Assembly (NCBI GenBank): GCA_038888155.1
Contig: JAWAJB010000001.1
Location: 256,001 to 320,000 of the forward strand
From: Desulfurococcaceae archaeon
Lineage (GTDB): Archaea; Thermoproteota; Thermoprotei_A; Sulfolobales; Desulfurococcaceae
DNA: 64,000 bases
Direction of reading: 5' to 3'
Part shown: positions 19,711-28,153 of the stretch, one piece after another
Numbering within the stretch: the stretch's first letter is position 1
Layout: each line of letters starts with the position of its first letter
Translations under genes and position numbers: made by a program
The notes under the pieces: generated by a model
Told to the model about the DNA's origin: nothing
The model's database searches: none
The model's input: the letters and a program-made list of their open reading frames with translations, nothing else

Positions 19711-20832
19711 CTAGGGACTAACTGCTTCAGCGGCAAGAGAAACTGTTGCAGAGAGCGACCCCGCGAGAGCCTCGATGCCGACTAGTATGTAGGCCTCGCT
19801 CAGGGCGAGGTCTGCTAGGCTAGCGTTCACGCAGTAGGTTTTGCTCCAAGACTTAGCGCTCACTGGCCCCTCCTCGAGCTTTACTCTGGCTAGCCACGAG
19901 GAGGGCCTGTAGTTCTCAGCGTGGTAGAGTATTGTGGCGCCACCAGTGTAAGCCCCCACTGAATTGTAGGTAGTGACAGGGGACGAAATGTCGTAGCTCG
20001 CGTCGTATACATATACTACGGGCACGAAGCTCACGCTAGCAGACGAGCTCACGGAAAAGTGCGCGGAGAGCGAGACGATATCTGCACCGGACGCCCTCAC
20101 GACTCTGTACACTTGCGCGTAGCCGCCTCCTGAGACAATAGTCACAGAGTCGTTCTGGACTGCGTACGAAACTGTTTTCCCGCAGCCGCTCAGCGATCCG
20201 CTGCTCCTGTTGTACGTCAGCGCAGAGAAGGCGCAGTATGGCACGCCAGTTGACGTGGCGAAAATGTCCACGTTGTTGGCGCCGAACTGCGCATAGGGGT
20301 ATATAGATGGACCGCTAACTAAGGCGTCTGCGGAGGCTGAAGAGCCGACGAACATCTTGAAACCAACTGGGAGGACCGCTACGCGCGGTCTCGAAAGGGA
20401 GTCTCGAAGATGATCGAGCAGCTGGGCAACCCCTCCATAGGGGTCCCAAGTGAAAACGTTGCCGAGCGATGTGACAGCCACGAGGTGAGCCCGTCCGCTC
20501 TTCACGGCCTCTGCAGTTGATCTATCGGCTACAAGTTGCGTCCAATTCAGAGCTACGAACAAGCTCTCGCGGCCTTCATATATAACTCCGTCCTCGTTGT
20601 AGGAAGCAATGTACAAAACCCTTGAGCCCACTGTAGAGCGCGCGTATATCGCGCCGTTGGAGTAGTAGAAGTAGAGCTGCTCGGCCCTTCTAGCCGCGTC
20701 GAGCTGTGCTATCTCCGATGCCTCCTGCAACTGCCTTGAAGCAGACCTCGTAACGAGGCTGTAGGCAACAAGGCCCAGCAGTATTAGCGCGGATATGACA
20801 ATTGCCCCAACAGCCTCTGCCTGCCCCCTCAC
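19711..20832 (-). CDS. archaeal type IV pilin-like protein (minor pilin/adhesin)
   Basis: Class III signal peptide MRG|QAEAVGAIVISALILLGL. Confidence 0.75.
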   Translation of the reverse strand: MRGQAEAVGAIVISALILLGLVAYSLVTRSASRQLQEASEIAQLDAARRAEQLYFYYSNGAIYARSTVGSRVLYIASYNEDGVIYEGRESLFVALNWTQLVADRSTAEAVKSGRAHLVAVTSLGNVFTWDPYGGVAQLLDHLRDSLSRPRVAVLPVGFKMFVGSSASADALVSGPSIYPYAQFGANNVDIFATSTGVPYCAFSALTYNRSSGSLSGCGKTVSYAVQNDSVTIVSGGGYAQVYRVVRASGADIVSLSAHFSVSSSASVSFVPVVYVYDASYDISSPVTTYNSVGAYTGGATILYHAENYRPSSWLARVKLEEGPVSAKSWSKTYCVNASLADLALSEAYILVGIEALAGSLSATVSLAAEAVSP

Positions 20833-20836
20833 GCTC

Positions 20837-21193
20837 TCACTCCCCGAACTTCTTCACGGGTAGTATCCCCTCGCTGTCCGCGTAAGCGCAAGTGGCGTTC
20901 GAGGGCGCTACGTAGAGGACTTTGCACTCTCCAGGGCCCAGAGCGCCTACTTTCACGCGGCTTTCTCCGCAGATTACTGTTGCTTCTGCTCTCGGCGCAC
21001 TGCCGTAATTTACTGCAATTACTGCGTTATGAGTTGAGTTAAACCGCAGCGCGATTGCTGTGACCGGCAATGCGCCTGCAATCCTCATTGAAGCTACTCG
21101 CTCCACGTTGCTTCTCGCGTGCTGAAACAGCGCGGCTCCACCTGTAAGGACTACGAGGGCTAATGCTATTCCGGCGACAAAGCTAGATGCCAT
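20837..21193 (-). CDS. small pilin-like membrane-anchored protein
   Basis: N-terminal hydrophobic helix plus short beta domain (VNYG..P); operonic with the pilin. Confidence 0.5.
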   Translation of the reverse strand: MASSFVAGIALALVVLTGGAALFQHARSNVERVASMRIAGALPVTAIALRFNSTHNAVIAVNYGSAPRAEATVICGESRVKVGALGPGECKVLYVAPSNATCAYADSEGILPVKKFGE

Positions 21194-21243
21194 GGGGTCT
21201 CGCCCATTGATAATAGCCTGCTTTTAAAGCACAAGCGCAACTA

Positions 21244-23070
21244 GTGGGAAGCTGGTTGAGGGGAGTTAATAAAAGCAGAGGATATGAGTGGTACAGGCTT
21301 CAAGGAGTGAGCTTCGCGATACTGTCCTACGAGGAGAGGGACTCCGTTTTATCTGAATTCAGCGCCCTGCTAGGGGCCGTGAAGCGAGGTGCTGTCCTAG
21401 TTAGGAGGATCCCCAGCTCGTTCAAGTACTCTGGGTACGAATTCGCCGTAGTTAAGACTGAGTTCTACTTGAGGGCGGAAAGAGGGAGCCAAGTGCTACA
21501 CTTCAACGCAGAGAAAGTGAAAGAGGTGGACAGACCGCAGATCAAGAGGCTGGTCAATCCATATACTCTCCTCCTCGATGGAGGTCAGTACGCGAGAGTG
21601 CTAGCTGCTTACAAGTTCCCTGCCCTACTGCCCGAGGGCTTTCTGTATACGCTGTTTAGCGAAGCGTCCGAAATAGCGCTTGTGTTCAGAGAAGTAGAGC
21701 GCAGTAGAGCTGTTTCAACGGCAGAGCTTGCTAGGAAGAGGCGCTTGACGTCTGCTAGCGGTAGAGTAGAGGATGCATGGGAGGCTGGAGCGCTAGAGGA
21801 GCTCGCGACGCGCGTGTTAGCGGGCTCGTCGCTCTTCGAGCACTACTTGTTGATAACGATATCTGCGTATAGCGTTGAAGAGCTAGCAACTAGGGAGAGG
21901 GCAGTTAGGGTAGCACTTAAGGGCTTTGGCTTAGAAGCTGAGGCCCCGCCTATACAGGAAGACCTGTACAGGCTAAACCCCTGCCCGCTTCTCTGCGTTG
22001 AAAAGCGCTACGCGGACGGCGAGAGCCTAAAGGCGCTATTCCCCCTAGTGGATGAGGAGCTACAAGACGTTAACGGCGTCTTCTTGGGTGTAAGCGGCAC
22101 TGGCTCACCAGTTCTCATAGACGTGTGGTCCAAGCATAACTTGAACTTCGTGGTAGCGGGCGTGACGGGCAGCGGCAAGTCAGTAACTGCTAAAGTTTAC
22201 TTGAAGAGACTGCGCGAGCTAGACCGCAAAATAGTGTACGTAGGAGTAGACCCTGAATCAGAGTACACAAGAGTAGCCCGGCATTTCGGTGCTCAAGCAG
22301 TAGAGATAGGAGAGAACCAGGGGCTCGGTTTAGACCCAATTAAGCTAATGAGAGAGGGAGCGCTCGAGATATCGCAGGTCTCGGATGTACTCGCTGAGAT
22401 ATACGGAGTACCGGAGCGCCTACAGGGTGTTCTACGTAAAGAGCTCTTCTTGAGCGCAGACTTCTTGGATGATGTAACAGAATTCGCCAGCAGCGTGAAA
22501 GACTCCGAGCTAGCGAGGTATCTTCAAGGAGCTACAGTTCCACCGGACTTGCTGGTATACGAGGGAAATCCGCCCCCTTTAGGCGGCTCAACGATCTTTG
22601 GGCTTAGGAATGTCCGTAGCAAGAGGCTAAAAGTACTCATATCCGCGCTGATATCTGCGTACGCCTACAGCAAGTTGCTAACGAGGGCCCAGAGATCAGT
22701 TTTCTTTGTCGACGAAGCGTGGCTCTTCATGGAGACGCCCTCTATTATCAACTTGTTTGAAGACACAGCGCGCAGAGGGCGCAAGCACGGCGTCGCGTTC
22801 ATCTACATATCACAGAGAGCCGAAGATCTAGCCAGGTCGCCCCAAGGGAGAGCAATACTAGAGCAAAGCTCTACAGTTCTACTATTGAGGCAGGAGCCCC
22901 AGGGGAGAGATGCAGTTAGAGAAATATACAAGCTCTCAAGCGCTGAAGCAGACTACCTAGTGAGCGCCCGAGTGGGGAGCGGCATCCTCAAAGCGAGTAG
23001 GAAGAGGATAACTCTGCAGGTGTTGCCCACGCAAGAGGAGCTCGAACTCTTCTCCACTACGGTGCAGTAG
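21244..23070 (+). CDS. VirB4/TrbE-like type IV secretion ATPase
   Basis: NFVVAGVTGSGKS, VDPESEY, FFVDEAWLF, RRGRKHG, ISQ motifs. Confidence 0.88.
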   Translation: MGSWLRGVNKSRGYEWYRLQGVSFAILSYEERDSVLSEFSALLGAVKRGAVLVRRIPSSFKYSGYEFAVVKTEFYLRAERGSQVLHFNAEKVKEVDRPQIKRLVNPYTLLLDGGQYARVLAAYKFPALLPEGFLYTLFSEASEIALVFREVERSRAVSTAELARKRRLTSASGRVEDAWEAGALEELATRVLAGSSLFEHYLLITISAYSVEELATRERAVRVALKGFGLEAEAPPIQEDLYRLNPCPLLCVEKRYADGESLKALFPLVDEELQDVNGVFLGVSGTGSPVLIDVWSKHNLNFVVAGVTGSGKSVTAKVYLKRLRELDRKIVYVGVDPESEYTRVARHFGAQAVEIGENQGLGLDPIKLMREGALEISQVSDVLAEIYGVPERLQGVLRKELFLSADFLDDVTEFASSVKDSELARYLQGATVPPDLLVYEGNPPPLGGSTIFGLRNVRSKRLKVLISALISAYAYSKLLTRAQRSVFFVDEAWLFMETPSIINLFEDTARRGRKHGVAFIYISQRAEDLARSPQGRAILEQSSTVLLLRQEPQGRDAVREIYKLSSAEADYLVSARVGSGILKASRKRITLQVLPTQEELELFSTTVQ

Positions 23071-23283
23071 ATGAGCCTTGAAGAGTGCATTGAGGTGTAC
23101 TTGAAGGCTAGAATGCCTGGACTGTATTACGCCTTATCCCTCGTTGCTAGGATCGAGCACCGCGCTGAATTCGAAGAGCTACTAGTGCGCGATAGATGGA
23201 AAGCTCTCAGCACAGCAAGGAAGCTCTACGGTGAAGAAGCTACCTCGTTCTTGTTAAAGGTGCTTGAAGAAGCGTGTTTCTAA
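23071..23283 (+). CDS. small helical hypothetical protein
   Basis: ATG immediately after the VirB4 stop; resembles 6942..7256. Confidence 0.6.
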   Translation: MSLEECIEVYLKARMPGLYYALSLVARIEHRAEFEELLVRDRWKALSTARKLYGEEATSFLLKVLEEACF

Positions 23284-23564
23284 ATAAGCAAAGAGAGGGG
23301 CAGGAAGCATGGGGGAAGCGGGCACGAGCGCTGTTAGCTGTTCCTTTATTCCGGTAATATTCTAGAGACAAAGGAACTTGCACGGATGAGGGGCTACAGT
23401 AATTCCAGGATTAGCTACTCGAGCTCCCTGGGGGGCTGGGCAGGATACCCGGTTCGCTGCCTGAACGTGCGAGAAAATGTTAAAAGAAGCTTTACAGGAC
23501 AAAAGGTCAGACTGCTTTGCGCCAGACCCTCTTCGCGTTTTAAAGCCGAAAATACTCACGGGAA

Positions 23565-25676
23565 TTGATAGTGGCTGACATATGGGAGCTGATTTCGTAT
23601 GGGCTGTGGATCGCCTCTGCGTGTGGGCTGAGCAGCTTTATATATGGAGTGATACTCAGAGCGCTGGGCAGAGAAGACTACAGTAGATTCATTGCAGGCG
23701 GTCTATCCGCAGTGCTCGTTGTTGCCTTTGGGTGGGGACTAGTCCAAGCACTCTACGGGGGCGCAGAGCCGCCGGCTCCATACGGCTGGGTTTTCTACGC
23801 AATAGCAGGCGCGCTACTAGCGTGCGCTGCTGTATACTTAGCTATTGGGAAGACGCACGAGGGCTCTCAGTCTCTAATAGGTGCGCTATTAATTGTTGGC
23901 ATAGGCTTCTTCGCGGCATCGCTAGCTACTGGCGTGGAAGTAGGCCCCAGTGGAGCGATATCTGTCACGGCTGTCCCATCGACAACTATGCTCAAGAACA
24001 ACGAGGAGCTCAAGATAGCGGTTATCCCAGCTGGTGGAGACCCGCCTTACTACGTTAGCGTTGACTGGGGAGATGGAGAAAGTAGCGCAGGCTCAACGAG
24101 CGCGAACATATCTTTCACGAAGAGGTACGACTTGCCGGAGGAGAAGCCAGCGGACTCTTTTACAATTAAAGTAGATGTTGCAGATGTAAAGGGGAGGGTA
24201 GGGTTTAACATATTAGCGGTTACAGTGCAGAACCAGGACTACTGTCCACTACCTTGGCCCTTCAGCCTGCTGTGCGGGTTCTACGAGCTCGTATCAGCCG
24301 TAGTGCCGGCAATTGATTTGCAGAAGCTAGTAGAGTGCCCCCTGTTCCCAACGAGCGGCGACCTCCACGATCTATACAATTTCATACTAAGCGCCTCAAT
24401 GGGCGCTCTCGGATTGTTCCTCGCGTTTAATTTAGCGTGGAGAGTTGTTGGGGGAGAGGATGTAGCTGGAGGGCTGGTGCAGTCCCTGAAAGAAAGTGTT
24501 ACCGTAGTTGCACTAGCTCTCCTCGCACCTTACGTCTACAACGCTACGGCTCAGGTCCTCAACGCAGTATCCTACCAGCTAGTGAGTAGAATAGCTATAG
24601 GCTGGGTCTTCGCGTGGATAATGCTGCAGATAGCGCTCGGAGTGGTTATAGGCTACTTCGTGCCCTTTATGGCGCAATACGCTGCTTTCATGGCTGTAAC
24701 GCTCTTTTTAGCAAGTACTGTAGTGTACGCGAGATATATTTTAATAATAACACTAGTAGCTGCCTCGCCGCTACTAGCCGTAAGCTATTTGCACCCGAGT
24801 CTAAGAGGCGTGGTCAGGCACATGGTAGCGATTCTCGCAGGGTTAATGCTCGCGGGGCCACTAGCTGCAGTATTCCTAGTAGTGCTAAACAAGGTTATAC
24901 CCGGGCAGGACATAGTCTTCGGAATACTTTACCCCTTGATAGTTGGTGCGCTACCCTCAATGCTGGGGGTATTTGGAAGCGGGGCGCTGGGGGGCATGGC
25001 AGGAGCAGTTAGAGGGGGACTAGCTACTCTTGGCGGGACAGTTGGGAGAGCGATGGGTAGGAGAGAAGCGGGGGCTACAGCGATTACCAGCTTCCAAGGA
25101 GCCACGGTAGTAGCACCCTCTACGATAAAGCTGAGGGCACCGGCAGTCTCGGCAACACCTAAGAGAGCAACTGGCTTGTATCCAAAATTGGAAACACCGA
25201 CAACTTCGAAGCCACGGATTGAAGGCGCGAGGGTAGCAGAGGTACTGGTTGACGTCTCGAAGCCAGCGCCGATAATTAGGCCCGGGCTCATCAAGCACGC
25301 TGGAGCTGAGGCAAGTCTAAAACGAGAAGTAGCCGAGTCGGTGAGAGAGGTTCAGGCGCTAGGACCGGGCATAGCATACACACTTGAAGGAGCCGAGAAA
25401 GCTAAACGTATAGAGCAAGAAGTAAAACGAGAACTAGTAAGACCAAGATGGGAGAGCCTTAAAGAGTTCACAAAAGACCAGGCAGGGCTAAGCTGGAGAC
25501 AATTGAAGACAAACACAAGAGCCTACGCTCAACATTTCAAGGAGGGGTTAAAGTATCATGTAGAAAGAGAGCTAGGAATAAAGATAGAGAGAGCAGTTGC
25601 TGATACGCATGAAACCAAGGGTACTTATGTAGATAGTGCATCGAGGAGAATTAGGCGTGTTGTTCTCCGCAGTTAG
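23565..25676 (+). CDS. VirB6/CedA-like polytopic membrane protein with PKD/Ig-like domain
   Basis: Many TM segments, PPYYVSVDWGDG PKD motif, RYILIITLVAASPLLAV VirB6-like segment, long hydrophilic tail. Confidence 0.7.
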   Translation: MIVADIWELISYGLWIASACGLSSFIYGVILRALGREDYSRFIAGGLSAVLVVAFGWGLVQALYGGAEPPAPYGWVFYAIAGALLACAAVYLAIGKTHEGSQSLIGALLIVGIGFFAASLATGVEVGPSGAISVTAVPSTTMLKNNEELKIAVIPAGGDPPYYVSVDWGDGESSAGSTSANISFTKRYDLPEEKPADSFTIKVDVADVKGRVGFNILAVTVQNQDYCPLPWPFSLLCGFYELVSAVVPAIDLQKLVECPLFPTSGDLHDLYNFILSASMGALGLFLAFNLAWRVVGGEDVAGGLVQSLKESVTVVALALLAPYVYNATAQVLNAVSYQLVSRIAIGWVFAWIMLQIALGVVIGYFVPFMAQYAAFMAVTLFLASTVVYARYILIITLVAASPLLAVSYLHPSLRGVVRHMVAILAGLMLAGPLAAVFLVVLNKVIPGQDIVFGILYPLIVGALPSMLGVFGSGALGGMAGAVRGGLATLGGTVGRAMGRREAGATAITSFQGATVVAPSTIKLRAPAVSATPKRATGLYPKLETPTTSKPRIEGARVAEVLVDVSKPAPIIRPGLIKHAGAEASLKREVAESVREVQALGPGIAYTLEGAEKAKRIEQEVKRELVRPRWESLKEFTKDQAGLSWRQLKTNTRAYAQHFKEGLKYHVERELGIKIERAVADTHETKGTYVDSASRRIRRVVLRS

Positions 25677-26254
25677 AGAAATTTGAGTTCAACCAGATCT
25701 GCTTCGTAATACAGAAAACCCACATCCATGGCCAGGCCCACGGCAATAGCAAAGTTTTTCCTCAAAGCCTCCTCCGTCTCACCAAAGAATCCGGGAACGT
25801 CGCGGGCGTAAATGGTCGCTATTATTCCATGTAGGTCTCCGAGAGTTATGCCCGGATTCGCTTCGATGTTAGCTATGACGTTTAATAGCGCGCCTGGTTC
25901 TATGCGGAATCTAACACCGTCAAACCGCTCTATCACTAGTCGGTCACCATCCGGATCTGGTCTTTCTTCAATGGTCTTATACCTTGGGTATATTAGGATT
26001 TTGTCTAGTTTCTCTAGGAACGTGTAAATGTGGGTTCCCTTATCTGTGCAGTCCACGATTCCAAGGTAACACGGTTGTTCGTCCGGGCTTCCAAGTAGAA
26101 GCCTAGAGTCAAGCAATATTGCGTTCTCTCTATCATCTACGTGTGCTCTAAGCATAGCTGGTTTGTAAACACTAACCCATTCGCCCTGAGGAGTTCTAAC
26201 AGCATAAAGTATTTTCTTCTCTCTCATCTTTTCAGGGGCGGTTTTAGCGTCCAT
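25673..26254 (-). CDS. hypothetical protein
   Basis: 193-aa ORF with ATG start and upstream TTTATAAA. Confidence 0.65.
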   Translation of the reverse strand: MDAKTAPEKMREKKILYAVRTPQGEWVSVYKPAMLRAHVDDRENAILLDSRLLLGSPDEQPCYLGIVDCTDKGTHIYTFLEKLDKILIYPRYKTIEERPDPDGDRLVIERFDGVRFRIEPGALLNVIANIEANPGITLGDLHGIIATIYARDVPGFFGETEEALRKNFAIAVGLAMDVGFLYYEADLVELKFL

Positions 26255-26299
26255 TGAGATTCCCTGATAATGATTTCACAACTTTATAAATTGAACAGT

Positions 26300-26506
26300 T
26301 CAGTAATATTTTCGTTCAAGCTCTTTTATGGCATTTAACAACTCATCGACATCGTTGCGTAGCGGATCATTGGCTGGCTCTCTACATAGAGCGGCTTTAC
26401 AGCACTCAAGGATCCCTTTACGCTTCACGAGTATTTCTCTTAGTGTGAGAAGAGATAAAAAACCTCCTTGAAAATGCTCAGCCCCATGATTTTTCTTACA
26501 ATCCAT
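26300..26506 (-). CDS. small hypothetical protein
   Basis: ORF track; AT-rich segment. Confidence 0.4.
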   Translation of the reverse strand: MDCKKNHGAEHFQGGFLSLLTLREILVKRKGILECCKAALCREPANDPLRNDVDELLNAIKELERKYY

Positions 26507-26540
26507 AATGCAATAAATCTTACTAATAAAAATGCAATTA

Positions 26541-26768
26541 TTAACAATATAATGAATGTTGTCGTATCTGTCGGTGGTTGTAGTAAGTTGTAGTTGAATA
26601 GCGATACACCGAACTTACCAATGAAATAATAAAAGCCATTATTGCTATAAGTATACCGATAGCTCCACCAGAAATAGATCCCATTGCAATTATAAGCTCC
26701 TTAGTTTCTTTTACTATTTCCTTACATTGGTCTATGGTAACTTCTTGATGTTTAGTGTCATTACACAT
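26541..26768 (-). CDS. small membrane protein
   Basis: One hydrophobic helix; AT-rich segment. Confidence 0.4.
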   Translation of the reverse strand: MCNDTKHQEVTIDQCKEIVKETKELIIAMGSISGGAIGILIAIMAFIISLVSSVYRYSTTTYYNHRQIRQHSLYC

Positions 26769-26793
26769 GATTTACACTCTCAACATGGGCAGT

Positions 26794-26997
26794 CTATTCC
26801 GCTTTGTAATATATTAGGGCTTTCCGTCTCTTCCCCTCTATCTCTAGTTCTAGCACTCTCGCTATGAGGAAGTCTCCTTTCTCCCAGCCGAGTTCTTTAA
26901 CCAGTATAGAGGGCACTGTAGCAACATACTGTGTTCCAGAGGGCTTGAGCTTCCTAGCCTGTAGCTTGACGACTTCTATCGGCAAAGCCTCACCCAC
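26794..26997 (-). CDS. AbrB/MazE/SpoVT-family DNA-binding protein
   Basis: KPSGTQYVATVPSILVKELGWEKGD swapped-hairpin pattern; GGAGGTG at start. Confidence 0.75.
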   Translation of the reverse strand: MGEALPIEVVKLQARKLKPSGTQYVATVPSILVKELGWEKGDFLIARVLELEIEGKRRKALIYYKAE

Positions 26998-27256
26998 CTC
27001 CGTTTATATCAACAAACAGTTATAAACGTAGTGTGGCTTAACAACTAGCTACAACAGGTAATTTTATAAATCCCTTAACGACTAGTAATCAATGGTGACA
27101 ACATTAAACAACTATAATCCCTCAAGTCTAAAATGAATAGATTTAAACAAGTCATCTACGTTGTGGAGAAGTCTAAGACACAAGAGGGAGCACTTGAGAA
27201 GCTGTCAAGGTCACTAGAGGAGCTGGAGGCAGGGTCCAATGCGCTGTTGATCGAGG

Positions 27257-27796
27257 ATGAGAAGCGCTCGGTTTTTAAAGGCAGTGTCTCCGGCTGAGGG
27301 GTTGAATGTGAAGATTGATGCGTGTCCTCGCTGCGGGGCACCCGGCTACTTGATCATCGATGAAAGGGAGCTTAAATCCGGCACGCAAGTCTACTACTTT
27401 GTCCTGCATAAATACAGAGACCCAGCTACAGGCAAGCTGAGGACAAAGAAGTGTAGTATTGGTAGCGAGGGATACATATACGTTACTAAGACCCACACGC
27501 TACCATACCATGGCATATCGCTGAGGCTGAGTAATATTGTTGAAGCTGAGAAGCTCGCCGAGCTAGCTGTGAAAACATTAGAGAACATTGAGAAATACTT
27601 GAAGAGGCTCAGCCCAGAGAAGCGGGAAGAGGAGATCAAGAGGCTTGGGCCGAGGATCGAGCGGCTCGCTGAGATCATCGCGCTCCTCAGCGAGCTTGAA
27701 CCGAGCCTGTATCCAAATTTGGAAACACTGAGAAGAAGCCCGGGAAGGAGCCCCGGAGACCCGAGTTCGACCACGAGTACGATGGGAGAGCTGTGA
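27257..27796 (+). CDS. Zn-ribbon/beta-sheet DNA-binding protein typical of crenarchaeal mobile elements
   Basis: CPRCGAPG..YYFVLH..KKCSIG followed by a coiled coil; true start probably 27302/27308. Confidence 0.65.
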   Translation: MRSARFLKAVSPAEGLNVKIDACPRCGAPGYLIIDERELKSGTQVYYFVLHKYRDPATGKLRTKKCSIGSEGYIYVTKTHTLPYHGISLRLSNIVEAEKLAELAVKTLENIEKYLKRLSPEKREEEIKRLGPRIERLAEIIALLSELEPSLYPNLETLRRSPGRSPGDPSSTTSTMGEL

Positions 27797-27933
27797 AGGT
27801 GCTTCTGCATAATGGTACTACTATAGTTGGCAAAGCTGAAACATCCAAGTACTGGCTGAAGATGCAGGTTGCCGGCGGCAGGTGCATCTACGTGAACAAA
27901 GCCTACGTAGTGATGATCGAGCCGGCGGAGTAG
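27793..27933 (+). CDS. Hfq/Sm-like small protein (46 aa)
   Basis: Hand-translated MKVLLHNGTTIVGKAETSKYWLKMQVAGGRCIYVNKAYVVMIEPAE; GTGA overlap with upstream stop; Sm1 L.NG...G and Hfq Sm2-like YVNKAYV..IEP. Confidence 0.6.
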   Translation: MKVLLHNGTTIVGKAETSKYWLKMQVAGGRCIYVNKAYVVMIEPAE

Positions 27934-28153
27934 GCTTCACACTACAGCTGTTTTTAAAACTACACCTTTTTACAGGGTTGCGCTTTGACGAAAAACAGTG
28001 AAAAAGGTGGAAAGGTGTGCCCGCGTGAACCCCGATAAGCCTCCAACAGATGAATCCGGGCTTAAAAAGCGAGTGGGCGGGCTATCGGTCAGCGTCTCGG
28101 GGAGCTTGTGCTCCTGGATGAGAAAGATGTAGAAACAGTGCGGGGCGTGCTCT

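Noticed and set aside
27257-27796. Integrase of the element
   Set aside because: No R-H-R-Y tyrosine-recombinase catalytic domain; only a loose DNA-binding-type N-terminus
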